NCBI GenBank assembly: GCA_965644495.1
Contig: CBFFSA010000002.1
Span: 248,001-312,000 of the forward strand
DNA: 64,000 nucleotides
Direction: 5' to 3'
Source: Perkinsela sp. CCAP 1560/9
Taxonomy: Eukaryota; Protista; Euglenozoa: Kinetoplastea
Each line of letters starts with the position of its first letter. The stretch's first letter is position 1. Of this stretch, positions 11,106-21,738 are shown piece after piece. The notes below the pieces were generated by a model, which was not told the DNA's origin, ran no database searches, and saw only the letters and a list, made by a program, of their open reading frames with translations. The position numbers were made by a program, and so were the translations under genes.

Positions 11106-13118
11106 TTACAGAGTAGAAACAGAGCGTTGCGCGTGTTGAGCGTCCTCTCTAGTATGAATAAATTTAATATGCTCCGTGATCTGGCGCACCGCTATAGAGC
11201 ACTCTAGAGTACGGTCTTGGAAGTTTGCATCAGAAAAGTGAAGAGGCTCAGAATCAGTATTTGTGCTAATGCTTAACTTCGCTAGAAAGTCAGCTACCGC
11301 ACTGCTTTCGCTGGAAGATACATGTTTGCTCGTTATACACCGAGTTGAGAGAGAAGCTTTTTTCATCCCTGACTCTTCTTGGATTAATGTGTCATCATTT
11401 TCTACATCAAACCCCAACGCTCTACTTATTTGGGACAATTTAATTTTTGATTTCGGAGCTCTTGATTGTAAAAACTGCAATAACCAATTGGTGCGCTTTT
11501 CCTGAAACAAGCGTCGCAGTAAAAGTTGAGTGTACCTACTCGGGGCACTGTAATACAACTGAATAAGCTTAAACACGTTTTCTGTCGCCGCGGCGCGTAC
11601 AACGCACTCTGCATGTTGTATCTCCGTACGACCCATATCTTTCAAGGTTAAGGCAGTGAATTCTGCGGCAATACCGCCGGCATTACCCATTAAAGCACAA
11701 TATATGAGATGAAGTGCGCCAAACTCGTATCGTGTTTCACGCGCAGAGCAACATGGTAAACGGTGTAGAGCTTGTATGCGACCTTGCAATTGGTTGAATT
11801 CTAGAAGATCTCCAAGCTCAAGAGTCAGCCGGGCATGCGCTTCCAGAACCTCAATCGTAAATATATTTTCAACATGTTGTATCACAAGATCTTGTCGAAT
11901 AGATTTGTACTGTTCACCTAGATATTTTAAAGATTCTTCCAGTGTAGGTTTTAGCTTCGCGCGTTCCTGTACGTATTCGAAGGATTTACGCAGAACAGTT
12001 TCTGAACGAACATAATTAGGATCGCTGCGTCCTTGTAAACGAGTGTAAGTCTTTTCCAGGGCGGTACTTTTTCCTATTACAGGACATGATTCTGTCGCAA
12101 TTTTGTATACCATTTGATCTGGTCTCTTTTGTTCATCAACATGCTTGTTTACATTTTCCTCCAGATTTGACGTTCCAAAGCGCTTAGCTCTTTGAAGCAT
12201 ACGTTCTTTTACGAGAAGGCTGTCTCGTTCCGCGCCCAAGACATCTAGAACACCGAGATTAGCTTTTCTTAATGCTTTTCGATACACTTTCTTCTCATAA
12301 TATTCATAGCTGTCTTCTGATGAAACGGACAAACTTCTATAACCGTCTAGGTCATCAGATTTCGCATTCGTAGTATGTTTATGATGACGATTCTCTGGCG
12401 AAGGAGATATTGACTTGCCTCGATGCCTAATAGGAGAAAAGGATTTTCCCTTTTTAGCGATTTCAGGCTTTTTACTGGAATTGGAAGGAAAAGAAGCGCC
12501 TTTCTTCTGTCTATCGCCAAAACTAGATTCAACGTGGCCTGGTTTCGATCTATATTCTTTTAGCTCTATATTTTTTTCAGTTCCATCGTCATTATCTAAT
12601 GTAACTTTATTTTGAATTCGGCTGTCGCAGGACGTATGACTAGATTTATCATGCAAGTGTGTACTCGCTTGTATTTTAGCCAATGTAGCTGTTGGACGTT
12701 GCGTAGCGCGCACACTGTCTCTAGTCAAGGGTGTTTTCTCCTTCTTTGATATTATATCCTCCACACCAAACTGATTCCACTTTGTAATGTCCTCTTTGAC
12801 CTTCGAATCCAATGCTCTTACTCGATTTTGAAGACTCTGCCTTTCAGATTCATCTCTGACTTGAATAAGAGCATAGGAAATTATATGTGAACGGTGTACA
12901 AGAGATTGTATTTTAGACTCTGCTTGACGGACAGCAATATTATTCTGTTCTACTCCGTGCGGATTACATGTAGATGCTTGTGCATTTCTTAGAGACGGAT
13001 TTTTTGTGTTGACAAAAGAATCTTTTATCACACTTCGTGGAAGTAGCGAATGTAAGACATGCTCTTTCGGACAAATGGGAACCTTCACTGCATCATTGTT
13101 GCACAGTCGGCAAATCAT
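11106..13118 (-). CDS. LENG8: SAC3/GANP/THP3 (LENG8-like) PCI-domain protein
   Basis: VIGKSTALEKTYTRL..DP..VRS, QYKSIRQDLVIQ, EAHARLTLELGDLLEFNQ. Confidence 0.8.
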   Translation of the reverse strand: MICRLCNNDAVKVPICPKEHVLHSLLPRSVIKDSFVNTKNPSLRNAQASTCNPHGVEQNNIAVRQAESKIQSLVHRSHIISYALIQVRDESERQSLQNRVRALDSKVKEDITKWNQFGVEDIISKKEKTPLTRDSVRATQRPTATLAKIQASTHLHDKSSHTSCDSRIQNKVTLDNDDGTEKNIELKEYRSKPGHVESSFGDRQKKGASFPSNSSKKPEIAKKGKSFSPIRHRGKSISPSPENRHHKHTTNAKSDDLDGYRSLSVSSEDSYEYYEKKVYRKALRKANLGVLDVLGAERDSLLVKERMLQRAKRFGTSNLEENVNKHVDEQKRPDQMVYKIATESCPVIGKSTALEKTYTRLQGRSDPNYVRSETVLRKSFEYVQERAKLKPTLEESLKYLGEQYKSIRQDLVIQHVENIFTIEVLEAHARLTLELGDLLEFNQLQGRIQALHRLPCCSARETRYEFGALHLIYCALMGNAGGIAAEFTALTLKDMGRTEIQHAECVVRAAATENVFKLIQLYYSAPSRYTQLLLRRLFQEKRTNWLLQFLQSRAPKSKIKLSQISRALGFDVENDDTLIQEESGMKKASLSTRCITSKHVSSSESSAVADFLAKLSISTNTDSEPLHFSDANFQDRTLECSIAVRQITEHIKFIHTREDAQHAQRSVSTL

Positions 13119-13259
13119 TGGGTTGACATCTCTTATTATCTAGATAAAAAATATGATAATCAGTGTAAATGTATGCATCGCAGATAAAAAATAATATGAA
13201 AGAGAAAGTAAAACAAAGAAAAATTCAAGCACCGAAAAAGGAGAAAATCGTAAAGAAAA

Positions 13260-14234
13260 TTATGCTCTGCGCTCTGCGTTACGTCGTAAAATAATGAACG
13301 CTAGAATAAAAATTCCCAGCACAACCAGAGTTACCCATTCATGTAGACCTACGAGAGGCTTTGTCCCATAGACTCCATTTTCGGCTTGACCAATTGCAAA
13401 GTCGGCCAATAAAGACCCGACTCGGACAACAAGAAGACTTTGTGGTATGATTCCCAAGAAAGTGGACAAAATATAAGGACGAAGTGGAACACCTACAATG
13501 GGAGAAGCCAAGTTGATAAACCAATTTGGAAGCAAAGGTGATATTCTTAAAAACATTAAGTAAATGAATTGGTGGCGACGGTGTTCATTTAATTTCTGTC
13601 TAAACAACGGAAGATACGAACCATTCGTGAAGAACTGATCCAGAGAGTGAATTAAAGGGTATCCCACGATCCGAGATAGCCCATAACCGCTGCATGCACC
13701 CAAAGTACCAGCTAATACACATATGGGAAATGCAATCCAAGGACCGTAGAGAGCACCGCACACAACATTGATAACAAGAGTGCCTGGAATACACAGAGTT
13801 TGCAAAAAAGCATAAATGAGAACTAAGACACTCAATACGCTAGTTGGATATGCTGCGGATAGTGCGCGCAGGTGGGTAGTGATTTCTCCTGCTCCTTGAA
13901 ATGTAGTAGGGTGCTGAACATTTCGGAATATGTTAATTACATGAGAAATTTGAACGTGAGAAAAGGTTTTTACGCACATTAACCCAATAAAGAGAGGAAG
14001 GAGAAAAGCCACAAGCGCAGGTAGTATAGGCAGACGGATAGAAATATTGTCGTCTATAATGGCAACTTGGCTTTTCGGAGTGGGAGTACTCATGGAGGAA
14101 GACGGAGGATATTTTTTGCACAGCATATCACGTTCGCTCTTATATTTTTGAATTTTTGTATATAAGTATTTGAAGTAGGTGAGGATGACGCCCACAGAAA
14201 GAGCTAGAATCTTTCCTTTAGCTGGTATGACCAT
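13260..14234 (-). CDS. TMEM41B: TMEM41/TVP38 (VTT/DedA) membrane protein
   Basis: FLQTLCIPGT, LRISPLLPNWFINLASP, TFLGIIP. Confidence 0.85.
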   Translation of the reverse strand: MVIPAKGKILALSVGVILTYFKYLYTKIQKYKSERDMLCKKYPPSSSMSTPTPKSQVAIIDDNISIRLPILPALVAFLLPLFIGLMCVKTFSHVQISHVINIFRNVQHPTTFQGAGEITTHLRALSAAYPTSVLSVLVLIYAFLQTLCIPGTLVINVVCGALYGPWIAFPICVLAGTLGACSGYGLSRIVGYPLIHSLDQFFTNGSYLPLFRQKLNEHRRHQFIYLMFLRISPLLPNWFINLASPIVGVPLRPYILSTFLGIIPQSLLVVRVGSLLADFAIGQAENGVYGTKPLVGLHEWVTLVVLGIFILAFIILRRNAERRA

Positions 14235-14512
14235 TATTCGTTATTTCAAAGGAAAAAAATGACGGAATATGATATTTTTATGTATTTTGGTGCGCTCAAA
14301 GTTACATAAAGATTTAACTTCAAGGTAAATACACTGTAAGTGTATTATGCATCATTCTAAAAGGCGCTAAATGATGATTGGTGCTACAATACATGTAAAA
14401 TATGATCATATTTATTCCAAAGTGGTCGTCACTATTCTCAGAATCCGTAATTGAACATTGACATACGAAAAAGAATTCCGCTTCCCCCTTCGCATTATGT
14501 AACTTAGGATCC

Positions 14513-14994
14513 AAAGCGCGTGTCACGATACTCGTCGGCACATCTATGGCCGGAGAAAAGCTTCCTCTCCAGTTTGTGCTTAAAGGGACACCAAATCCTA
14601 AATCGAGAAACCCTTACAGGAGAATGCTTGGGCGGATGCTCGCGTTTGCTGTCAGGCTCTTCGCCACATGGCCAGCATAATGCCGGGAAACGTATTCTGG
14701 ATTTTAAACCGATTTTTGGGACATCTCAACCTTCCATCTATTTTGGAAAATATGTGCGGCGACGTCTATACTGGAGGCGAGGTTCGTTTTGGCCCTCCCG
14801 GTATGACCCACATTTGACAACCCACAGATCTCAGCATTATTAAAATGTTTAAAATTAACTACGCGGATCTGATACAACTGGAAGCTGAAAAAAGCGATTC
14901 GCCTCTGCAATACATTCCTTCCTGGAATACTGCACTGTATGGTGCAAGTAGCCAATGCGGCTTGGAATATGGTTTCCGGAAGCGCAATAAAATC
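14513..14994 (+). pseudogene. pogo/DDE_1 (CENP-B-like) transposase remnant, 5' part
   Basis: Manual translation across frameshifts: KARVTILVGTSMAGEKLPLQFVLKG, QENAWAD, ILNRFLGH, PPGMTHI*QPTDLSIIKMFKINY, AAWNMVSGSAIKS. Confidence 0.8.
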
Positions 14995-15304
14995 CATACC
15001 TTTTATGGGTCCGTGGGTCCGAACCCGGGTCCCCGGACCCAGGGACCCACGGACCTGGGTCCGGACCCACGTAACAGCCGTAATATACACTCAAATCTTC
15101 ATTCAATACATCAATATACACTCAAATCAATGTATACTCAAATCTTCATGCTGATTATTTAAAAAATCTTATCAAAAACTTTTGGGATATATGCTAATTC
15201 ATCAGTGATGTTGGTTTTGCAATCATACATGTACTGTATGTACAGTTTTCTTTAATTTTTTTATTACTTGAAGCTTCGAAACCTATTTCTTAGCCAAATC
15301 TTAT

Positions 15305-16689
15305 TTGATGGAACACTCTTCGCCTCCTCCGACGAACATGGACTCAAGTCAAGACCGATCTCCGGATCCAGGTCGGAGACGATTGTCCGGGCGAAAATTC
15401 ATGACGGAAGGTGCCTTCCCACAAGACTTCTCTCTCATGCGATGTGCATCAGATTGTATGTACTCTCACGAAGGCATACCGTTAAATGCCAACGGCTTTG
15501 AGCAGCACTACGAGTGCAAGCACTGTAAATGGTCCTCGCACGGCAAGTACAAAAATCATTATCTGGAGCATCGTCGTGTTTGTCAGGATAAAATTTCTTC
15601 TGAGCGAACTTCAGATCTCTGCGACCATGCACAGTACATGGATAAAGTTACGCATTTTAATACAAACGTTTTACCATGCTTATACGCGATGACAAACCTT
15701 CCTGGAAGTAGATACATATGGTTTTTAAATATGTATGAAAGTCTGATGAGAAAGTCTCATCAGAAATGCTTTTGCAGGCGCGGCCCAAAGCTCTCCATGA
15801 AATGCATGCACTTACCGCTAGATTGGCGGACGAATTATGGAAAATTTTGTGCTCCGACATTGACACGTACTCCTATTTTGGATTGGCTGTAGACACGGGT
15901 ATTGACCGTTTAAAAGCTGAGCACATAATGATACGTAGTGCTTTACGTGGAACGTCACGAGTATGTTCTCCCTCCTATTTATTCCACAAAACACAAGGCG
16001 TATGATGGCTATGCCATGGCCAGAGAGCTTATGGACTGTTTATCTAGCAACTTGGGGGAAGAACGACTTCTCAAGCTCAAATTTTTAATGGTGGACGGTT
16101 CTACGGTAAATTACGTTGCCTGTGTTCATTGTGAGGGATTCCTAAAGACGATCTAAGATCGTATGTCTCTTGTCGGTGACAATGATCTGGAAAATATAGA
16201 GCTTGGTGTCAATCGGTTGTGTCGGGTCTCAGTTTGGGCGTCCATGCGAGCAAGAACCCATTTCAGTTGCACAAGCCAATAATTTGTTTGATGACAGACT
16301 TAGTGAAGAGCCATTGTTTTCGATATCGGAGCAGGAATGGAAGGAATATATGGAATGTGAGGATTATGAGTGGGATCAAAAATGAATACGAATGGTGGTG
16401 TACCATCGGAAGAGTGTATTTCCCGAAGGTGTTTGTCGCAGCACGACATTACCTATGGATCCCAGTTGTTGTGACGAAGTGCGATTCTATCTTATCCATT
16501 CTTGCCTATATGTTCAACTCTCGCCAGGCTTCGATTTCTCCCGCAGTAATCTCAAATCAAATATTCATAAGAGCCAATTGTGAGAAATTGGGATATCTAT
16601 CTTTTGAAGAATGTAGCTCTAGTGATTCAGAGAGTAGTGCACAGGAAAGCGATTGTATCATGACGGAGGATTCCTTAGATGACATTTGA
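15305..16689 (+). pseudogene. hAT transposase, fragmented
   Basis: Zn-finger CKHC..H...C, YFGLAVD, FLMVDGSTVN, and hATC-like WW..YFPKVFVAARHYLWIP, spread over ORFs starting 15305, 15766, 15938, 16203, 16219. Confidence 0.8.
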
Positions 16690-16702
16690 TACTTCAATAC
16701 TC

Positions 16703-17045
16703 CATAGTAAGAGGGTAGAACATATTCAGCGTCCACAGCTCTGTTTTTTTTTGAAAATTTCGGTGCTTTCTCTCGGTGTCGAGCCATACTCAAGCTTCAT
16801 AGTAAGAGGGTTTGTTATAAAGTTTCTTTTATTGTTATGCAGCGTCCACAGCTCCGTTTCTTTTTGTGTCCTATCCGAGATTTTCTGTGGTTTTTCTCGG
16901 TGTCGAGCCATACCCAAACTTCATAGTAAGAGGATTTGTAATAAGGTTTCTTTTGTTGAAATACATTCAGCGTCCACAGCTCCGTTTCATTTTGTGTCCT
17001 ATCTGAGAATTTCTGTGGTTTTTCTCGGTGTCGAGCCATACCCAA
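16703..17045. repeat. Three-copy minisatellite (95-124 bp units) inside the hAT element
   Basis: Blocks CATAGTAAGAGG, CAGCGTCCACAGCTC and TCTCGGTGTCGAGCCATAC recur in units starting at 16703, 16798, 16922. Confidence 0.9.
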
Positions 17046-17368
17046 TTTTATCATGCACGTATTATATACTAAGAAAATATAGTACGATGTACAAGGAGTA
17101 TAGCCAAAAGATAGCCCAAATATCGCATCATTCTACAAAGACAATTTTTTAAAAATTGTACTTTAATCGAACTTCATGTCCATCAACGCAATAAGAAGGC
17201 AACGAGAATGATACACATCTCTTCATGTGCAGGAACAAATTATCTCTAGCATCTCTAACTAGTAGCCCGGGGCACCAAGGTGTCCGTTTCCCCTTAAACC
17301 ACGGGCCAGTCCAAGAGTGCACGTGTGACGCCTTTTTTCGCACTATGAGCCCTAATGAGTGTAACATA

Positions 17369-18930
17369 CAGGGGGGTGCACGAAAATATGGGGGGGTCAA
17401 AATTCTTATAACTCGGCCAATTTTGGAAAATAATAGCGCATTCGAGAGCTCTCGCAGAGTTACGTGTCATGTGATAATGTGTTTCCCGCATTTTTTAATT
17501 TTTTAAAAAAATTAAAAAAATTATGATTTTTCAAAGTGCAGAATTCTGCAGTTTTTTGAATAAAATACCTTTTTTTTGTGAATTTATCGACTTTTTTGAT
17601 CCTATTACACTGCCATGCCCCAGAAAAGGTCATATTCGAATAATAAAAAGGTGCAGAAACGGAGTAGATTTTGCTATTCGCCTCGTGGGCAACTTAAAGC
17701 ATCTCATAGGATACTTTTGGTTAAAAAATTTGAGGAAACAAATTCTTTTTCAGCTGTCGCCAAGACGTTTAGGTGTCACGAGGACACTGTCAAGCGTTGG
17801 GTGCAGCGTTACGAAGAGACTGGTGAGGTCGATAGGTCTCCCTATAAAACTCGCCAATCTCCTGTAATATCTGACCCTCTGTTGAAGCGAGCACTCAATC
17901 TTATTGATCAAGCAACAAGGAATGAAACCTACGGTATCGCTTCTTGGGGTCACCTTCTGAACCTTCTTGTAGGAGAGGGTTTCATATGCTCCCGTCGCGC
18001 TCTGATACGTTCCCTCAAGAAGGAGGGTATCATATCCCGCACAGTCCCCCGGAACCTACACTCACAAAGGAGCAGAAAAGGAAACGAGTAGAGCTATGCC
18101 AGGAGTTGGCAACATGGACCCCTGCTCAGCTTGAGGCTATCGTCTGGACAGACGAGAAAAAATTTACTTGCGGGGGCAGCCGCAAAATTACCTACCTTTG
18201 CCGTCGTTCAGACCCCCCAAAGGAGCACGCCGGTGAGCGGGAAAAGTGGTTGGGGGGTGATGGTATTATGGTGTGGATGGGGGTCAGCATTAAGCTAGGT
18301 TTCTTTTTTCATGAATTCCCCAACAAAGATCAACAGGGTAATAAAATTTCAGTGAATGGGCACCTTTTCAAAAAAACTATGCTACAACGTAACGGTTTCT
18401 TATCTTTTTTACGAAGACATCGGGGGGCAGTCGTTGCTATGGATAATTGTCCAATTCACAATAGCACTCGTCGTGCCTTTAATGATGAAGGAGTGAAGAT
18501 GTTGTGTTGGCCACCCAAATCCACAGATTTAAACCCAATAGAAAACATTTGAGGAATAATGGACGAGCATAAAAACGCGCTTTGTCCAACGAATCGTGAA
18601 GATTTGAGGCGAGCGATCGCTTGTGGGGTCGAAAAATTAAAGGGGGAGCAATACGATGTATTTTTGAGAACTTTAAAGAGTGTTCCAACGCGTGTGAAAA
18701 TTGTGTTGGAGAAAAAGGTGGAAATTGTGGATACTAACTTTTTTACCAAAAAAAAAACTTGCAGTTGCCCTATTTACGGTATTCAGGAGAATGCATATAC
18801 CTGGAAACTACATAAAACGTAATATCACATGACACGTAACTCTGGGAGAGCTCTCGAATGCGCTATTATTTTCCAAAATTGGCCGAGTTATAAGAATTTT
18901 GACCCCCCCATATTTTCGTGCATCCCCCTG
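17369..18930 (+). mobile_element. Tc1/mariner (IS630-Tc1-mariner) element, 1562 bp
   Basis: 108-bp TIRs (17369-17476 and 18823-18930, 2 mismatches) starting CAGGGGG; TA on both sides within an ACA-TA-TGT target. Confidence 0.95.
17615..18822 (+). pseudogene. Tc1-type DDE transposase with one frameshift and one nonsense codon
   Basis: HTH ORF 17615-18091; -1 shift near 18045-18052; VWTDEKKF, MDNCPIH, WPPKSTDLNPIENI*, with TGA at 18550 where Trp is expected; frame continues to 18822. Confidence 0.92.
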
Positions 18931-19123
18931 TATGTGAATCGTTGCACAATGCGCATGCAGTAGCACATGTGCTATCCCCATACTGCAGCGATCCTTCAAT
19001 TACTTCACCGACGCTCCATACTGGATATGAGAAATGGTATGTCTCTATGGTGGGTCCGTGGGTCCGAGGACCCGGGTTCATGGACCCGGGTGGGTCCGGA
19101 CCCAGGGGACCCGCAAAGGTATG

Positions 19124-19359
19124 TAAAGTCATGCTGGGAGAGCGATGAGTATTATGAAAATTCGGGAAACTGGATAGGAAAGAAGAAGTATAGCTCCGCA
19201 CGCAGCCCCGACGAAGGAATTCAATTTCCTACAGCGCCTAATTTCTTGCTGGAGTCAAAGGACGACGTTGAAGACTTCATCTGGGTGAGTGACTCAGAAT
19301 CTGAAGTTGAAGAGGGGGAAGACGAAGTAGAAAGGATTTCAAAATTACAAATTAACTAA
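19124..19359 (+). pseudogene. pogo-like transposase remnant, 3' part
   Basis: Resumes KSCWESDEYY... after the hAT right end, continuing ...AWNMVSGSAIKS; acidic C-terminal tail. Confidence 0.6.
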
Positions 19360-19402
19360 AGTTCTGCTGCTAAGTTTCGGAAAGAAAGTAGGACTAGTTT
19401 AT

Positions 19403-19454
19403 TACTTTATCATACGTTTAGGTACTTTATTATACGTTTAGGTACTTTATCATA
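19403..19454. repeat. 20-bp tandem repeat, ~2.6 copies
   Basis: TACTTTATYATACGTTTAGG repeated. Confidence 0.8.
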
Positions 19455-19853
19455 AGGAACTTTATTTGTTCTTTTAGTACCTATACATGTATTTTTAGAT
19501 ACTGATTTTACCTGCGACTTTACTAATTCCTTTAAAAACCATAATTCCCGGACGTTGAGATTTCGATCCAGAGACCCGCCAAAAAGATCGTCACCCCTCC
19601 GGCAGGGTCATCACCTCCACCACTAGTAGCTGAATTTTCGTGCGGATGTTTACTTTTCGAAGCCCAGATTGCACAACATCACTTTTGATCCATTCTCATT
19701 TTCAGGGCCTTGTTTTAGTTGAACGTTGACATGATAATTTTCCATTATTGTGTGAGTCATTCTCATTTTCATACTCTCAGATTGGTGACGACCACTGTAT
19801 TGGCGGAGTAAGCCTCCTACGCATAGTTTGCGGAGAGTATTGCTGCCCATGGT

Positions 19854-21353
19854 TTAACTTGCTGAACTTGTTGTTTTCGATCCACTGTTGAGCACATGAC
19901 TTCGATGATTCTTAAAAGTTGGTCGAATCCATCCAGAAAGAATACAGAGCAGTATTGGAATGAGCAATGGGGACAGTGCAACTATGGCTTGCGGAATATC
20001 TTCCTTCATACTCGTATATAGGAATTCGTGCTTCAGTAGAGCTTCACTTTTTAGATAGCAATGTCTAACATCTGATGCAGTTGATGAATTCTTGCTTAAG
20101 CAGTCCCGAAGTGCAATGCAAGACGATATAAAATCATTAGGAGGGGTGATTGATCCCTGAAACAATACCATGTCCCGTATCTTTTCTTGGTTAGTAGCAG
20201 TTGCTTGATGCATAGATTCTACAAGGTGTGTTAATATATTTTCGTCGCTTTGTGACGACAATTCCCGTTTCTTCTTTGAACAGGATAAACCCAACATAGC
20301 ACAAAGATACGCTTGTAAAATCGTTGAATAAATATTACACGAAGGAAGAGAAGAATTCGCAGGCATTTGAAGGGAAGTACGATTTAAGTCGCGCAAAATT
20401 GAAGTTTCCGGAAGGTAACACATAAGACCCTCGACTCCGAATGCAGCACAAGGAGTAAATCTTTCATTTGATGTATTCATGGAAGGATGCCAAGCTAATG
20501 GCATGTACCTCAATGGCAACACTACAAAGTTTAAGTATATTTTTCTCATACTAGGCGAATATGAGGAAGCGTTGTCCTGGCATAGTGGATGCGATTTCAG
20601 ATTGGCGCAAGAACTTTGTTGATTTAGTGCACGTATGCAATTCGTTATGTTCTTAGAAAACAATTCCTTCCACGTATATGCATACGAGGACAGAGGAGGG
20701 TGGAACAATGCTTTTGTATTTACCAAAGCTGAGAAACACTGTGCGGAAATAAATTGAGTTTCGTAGTCCCACGTGACTGGCAATATTAAAGATAGAAAGT
20801 TCTTTGTCTGCGCCAACACACTTTCTACATATGGTGTAATAAAGGCAACATTTTTGGCAATGTGTCCACGTGCCACGTACGCCTCCAGTGCTCCTACAGC
20901 AATTTTCTCTCCTTGATTTTCTGGAGATGTTGCGAAAAAATTGACGCATAGATGAATCGAAGAGATCGGATTACTTCTAGTATTTATGGCGAATGATCTA
21001 TATACCTCAGGAAAAATAAGCCGAGCATCTTTCGTTAAGTTGTGTATCACATTTTCTGACGAAGTTTCAAGATAAGTAGTATTTGTACGTATTGGATTCA
21101 GATAGTGTAGAACGCTCTTTTCATTTCGTTTACGTGGGTAGAGCAGATTGTTCCAAAGTTGCGTGACGCGTGAAGAAAACCGGATTCCATGTTCAGAAAG
21201 CACATGTTCAGATGATTCAATAACAGCAGTTTCGACTGAAATTTCTTTTGGGCTAGTAAGGCAAGAAAAGTATTCTGAAAGTCCCAAAGTATGCGCTACA
21301 ACTAGCATTTGAAGAAGATAAGAAGCAATCAGCCACCATACTGCAAGTCTCAT
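19854..21353 (-). CDS. PIGS: GPI transamidase subunit PIG-S-like
   Basis: N- and C-terminal TM segments; LCAMLGL; SEALLKHEFLY..AIVALSPLLIPIL resembles the PIG-S C-terminus. Confidence 0.55.
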   Translation of the reverse strand: MRLAVWWLIASYLLQMLVVAHTLGLSEYFSCLTSPKEISVETAVIESSEHVLSEHGIRFSSRVTQLWNNLLYPRKRNEKSVLHYLNPIRTNTTYLETSSENVIHNLTKDARLIFPEVYRSFAINTRSNPISSIHLCVNFFATSPENQGEKIAVGALEAYVARGHIAKNVAFITPYVESVLAQTKNFLSLILPVTWDYETQFISAQCFSALVNTKALFHPPLSSYAYTWKELFSKNITNCIRALNQQSSCANLKSHPLCQDNASSYSPSMRKIYLNFVVLPLRYMPLAWHPSMNTSNERFTPCAAFGVEGLMCYLPETSILRDLNRTSLQMPANSSLPSCNIYSTILQAYLCAMLGLSCSKKKRELSSQSDENILTHLVESMHQATATNQEKIRDMVLFQGSITPPNDFISSCIALRDCLSKNSSTASDVRHCYLKSEALLKHEFLYTSMKEDIPQAIVALSPLLIPILLCILSGWIRPTFKNHRSHVLNSGSKTTSSAS

Positions 21354-21738
21354 TGATCATGCGATGGAAAAACCACTACAATCCATATAAGTCTTGTACC
21401 TTTTATTAAAAAGGATTCAAGGAAGCATTTCCTCTACTCAACTTCTCCTCTATAAACAAAAAAACCGTATTTCACCGAATAATATTTTTGTTCCTGTATT
21501 GCTGTCACCCATAGACGAGCCAGTACAAATTGAGACTTATCAATTTCCTTGGTTCCAAAGCTGAAATGACGAAGTGATGAATCTCGTCCTACGTAGTAAC
21601 TACTCAGAATTCTATTCTTCGAGTAGTGCTATGATACATGAAACAAGTAATCGGGCAAAATAACTTAAAAAAGAACCTGCAGACAGGGATTGAAAATCAA
21701 GAAAGTAACAGACGCAGAAAAAAAGCGCATAGTTCATT

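Larger units (their letters stand above)
14995..19123 (+). mobile_element. Degenerate hAT DNA transposon (carries the nested Tc1 element)
   Basis: Terminal CATACCTTT...AAAGGTATG; GGGTCC/GGACCC subterminal arrays at 15007-15070 and 19051-19112; imperfect flanking duplication TAAAATC/TAAAGTC. Confidence 0.8.

Noticed and set aside
16703-17045. CRISPR-like array
   Set aside because: Linkers are homologous to each other, there are no cas genes, and the context is eukaryotic
18550-18552. TGA at a conserved Trp position as evidence of stop-codon reassignment
   Set aside because: Cellular genes here end in TGA, TAA and TAG and use TGG for Trp; a single G>A change in a decaying element suffices
17369-18930. 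Fanzor/TnpB cargo in the Tc1 element
   Set aside because: Transposase and TIRs fill the element; no RuvC or zinc-ribbon ORF seen
19590-19628. Possible right TIR of the pogo element (...CACCACTAG-TA)
   Set aside because: No matching left end found in the window, so the boundary is unsupported
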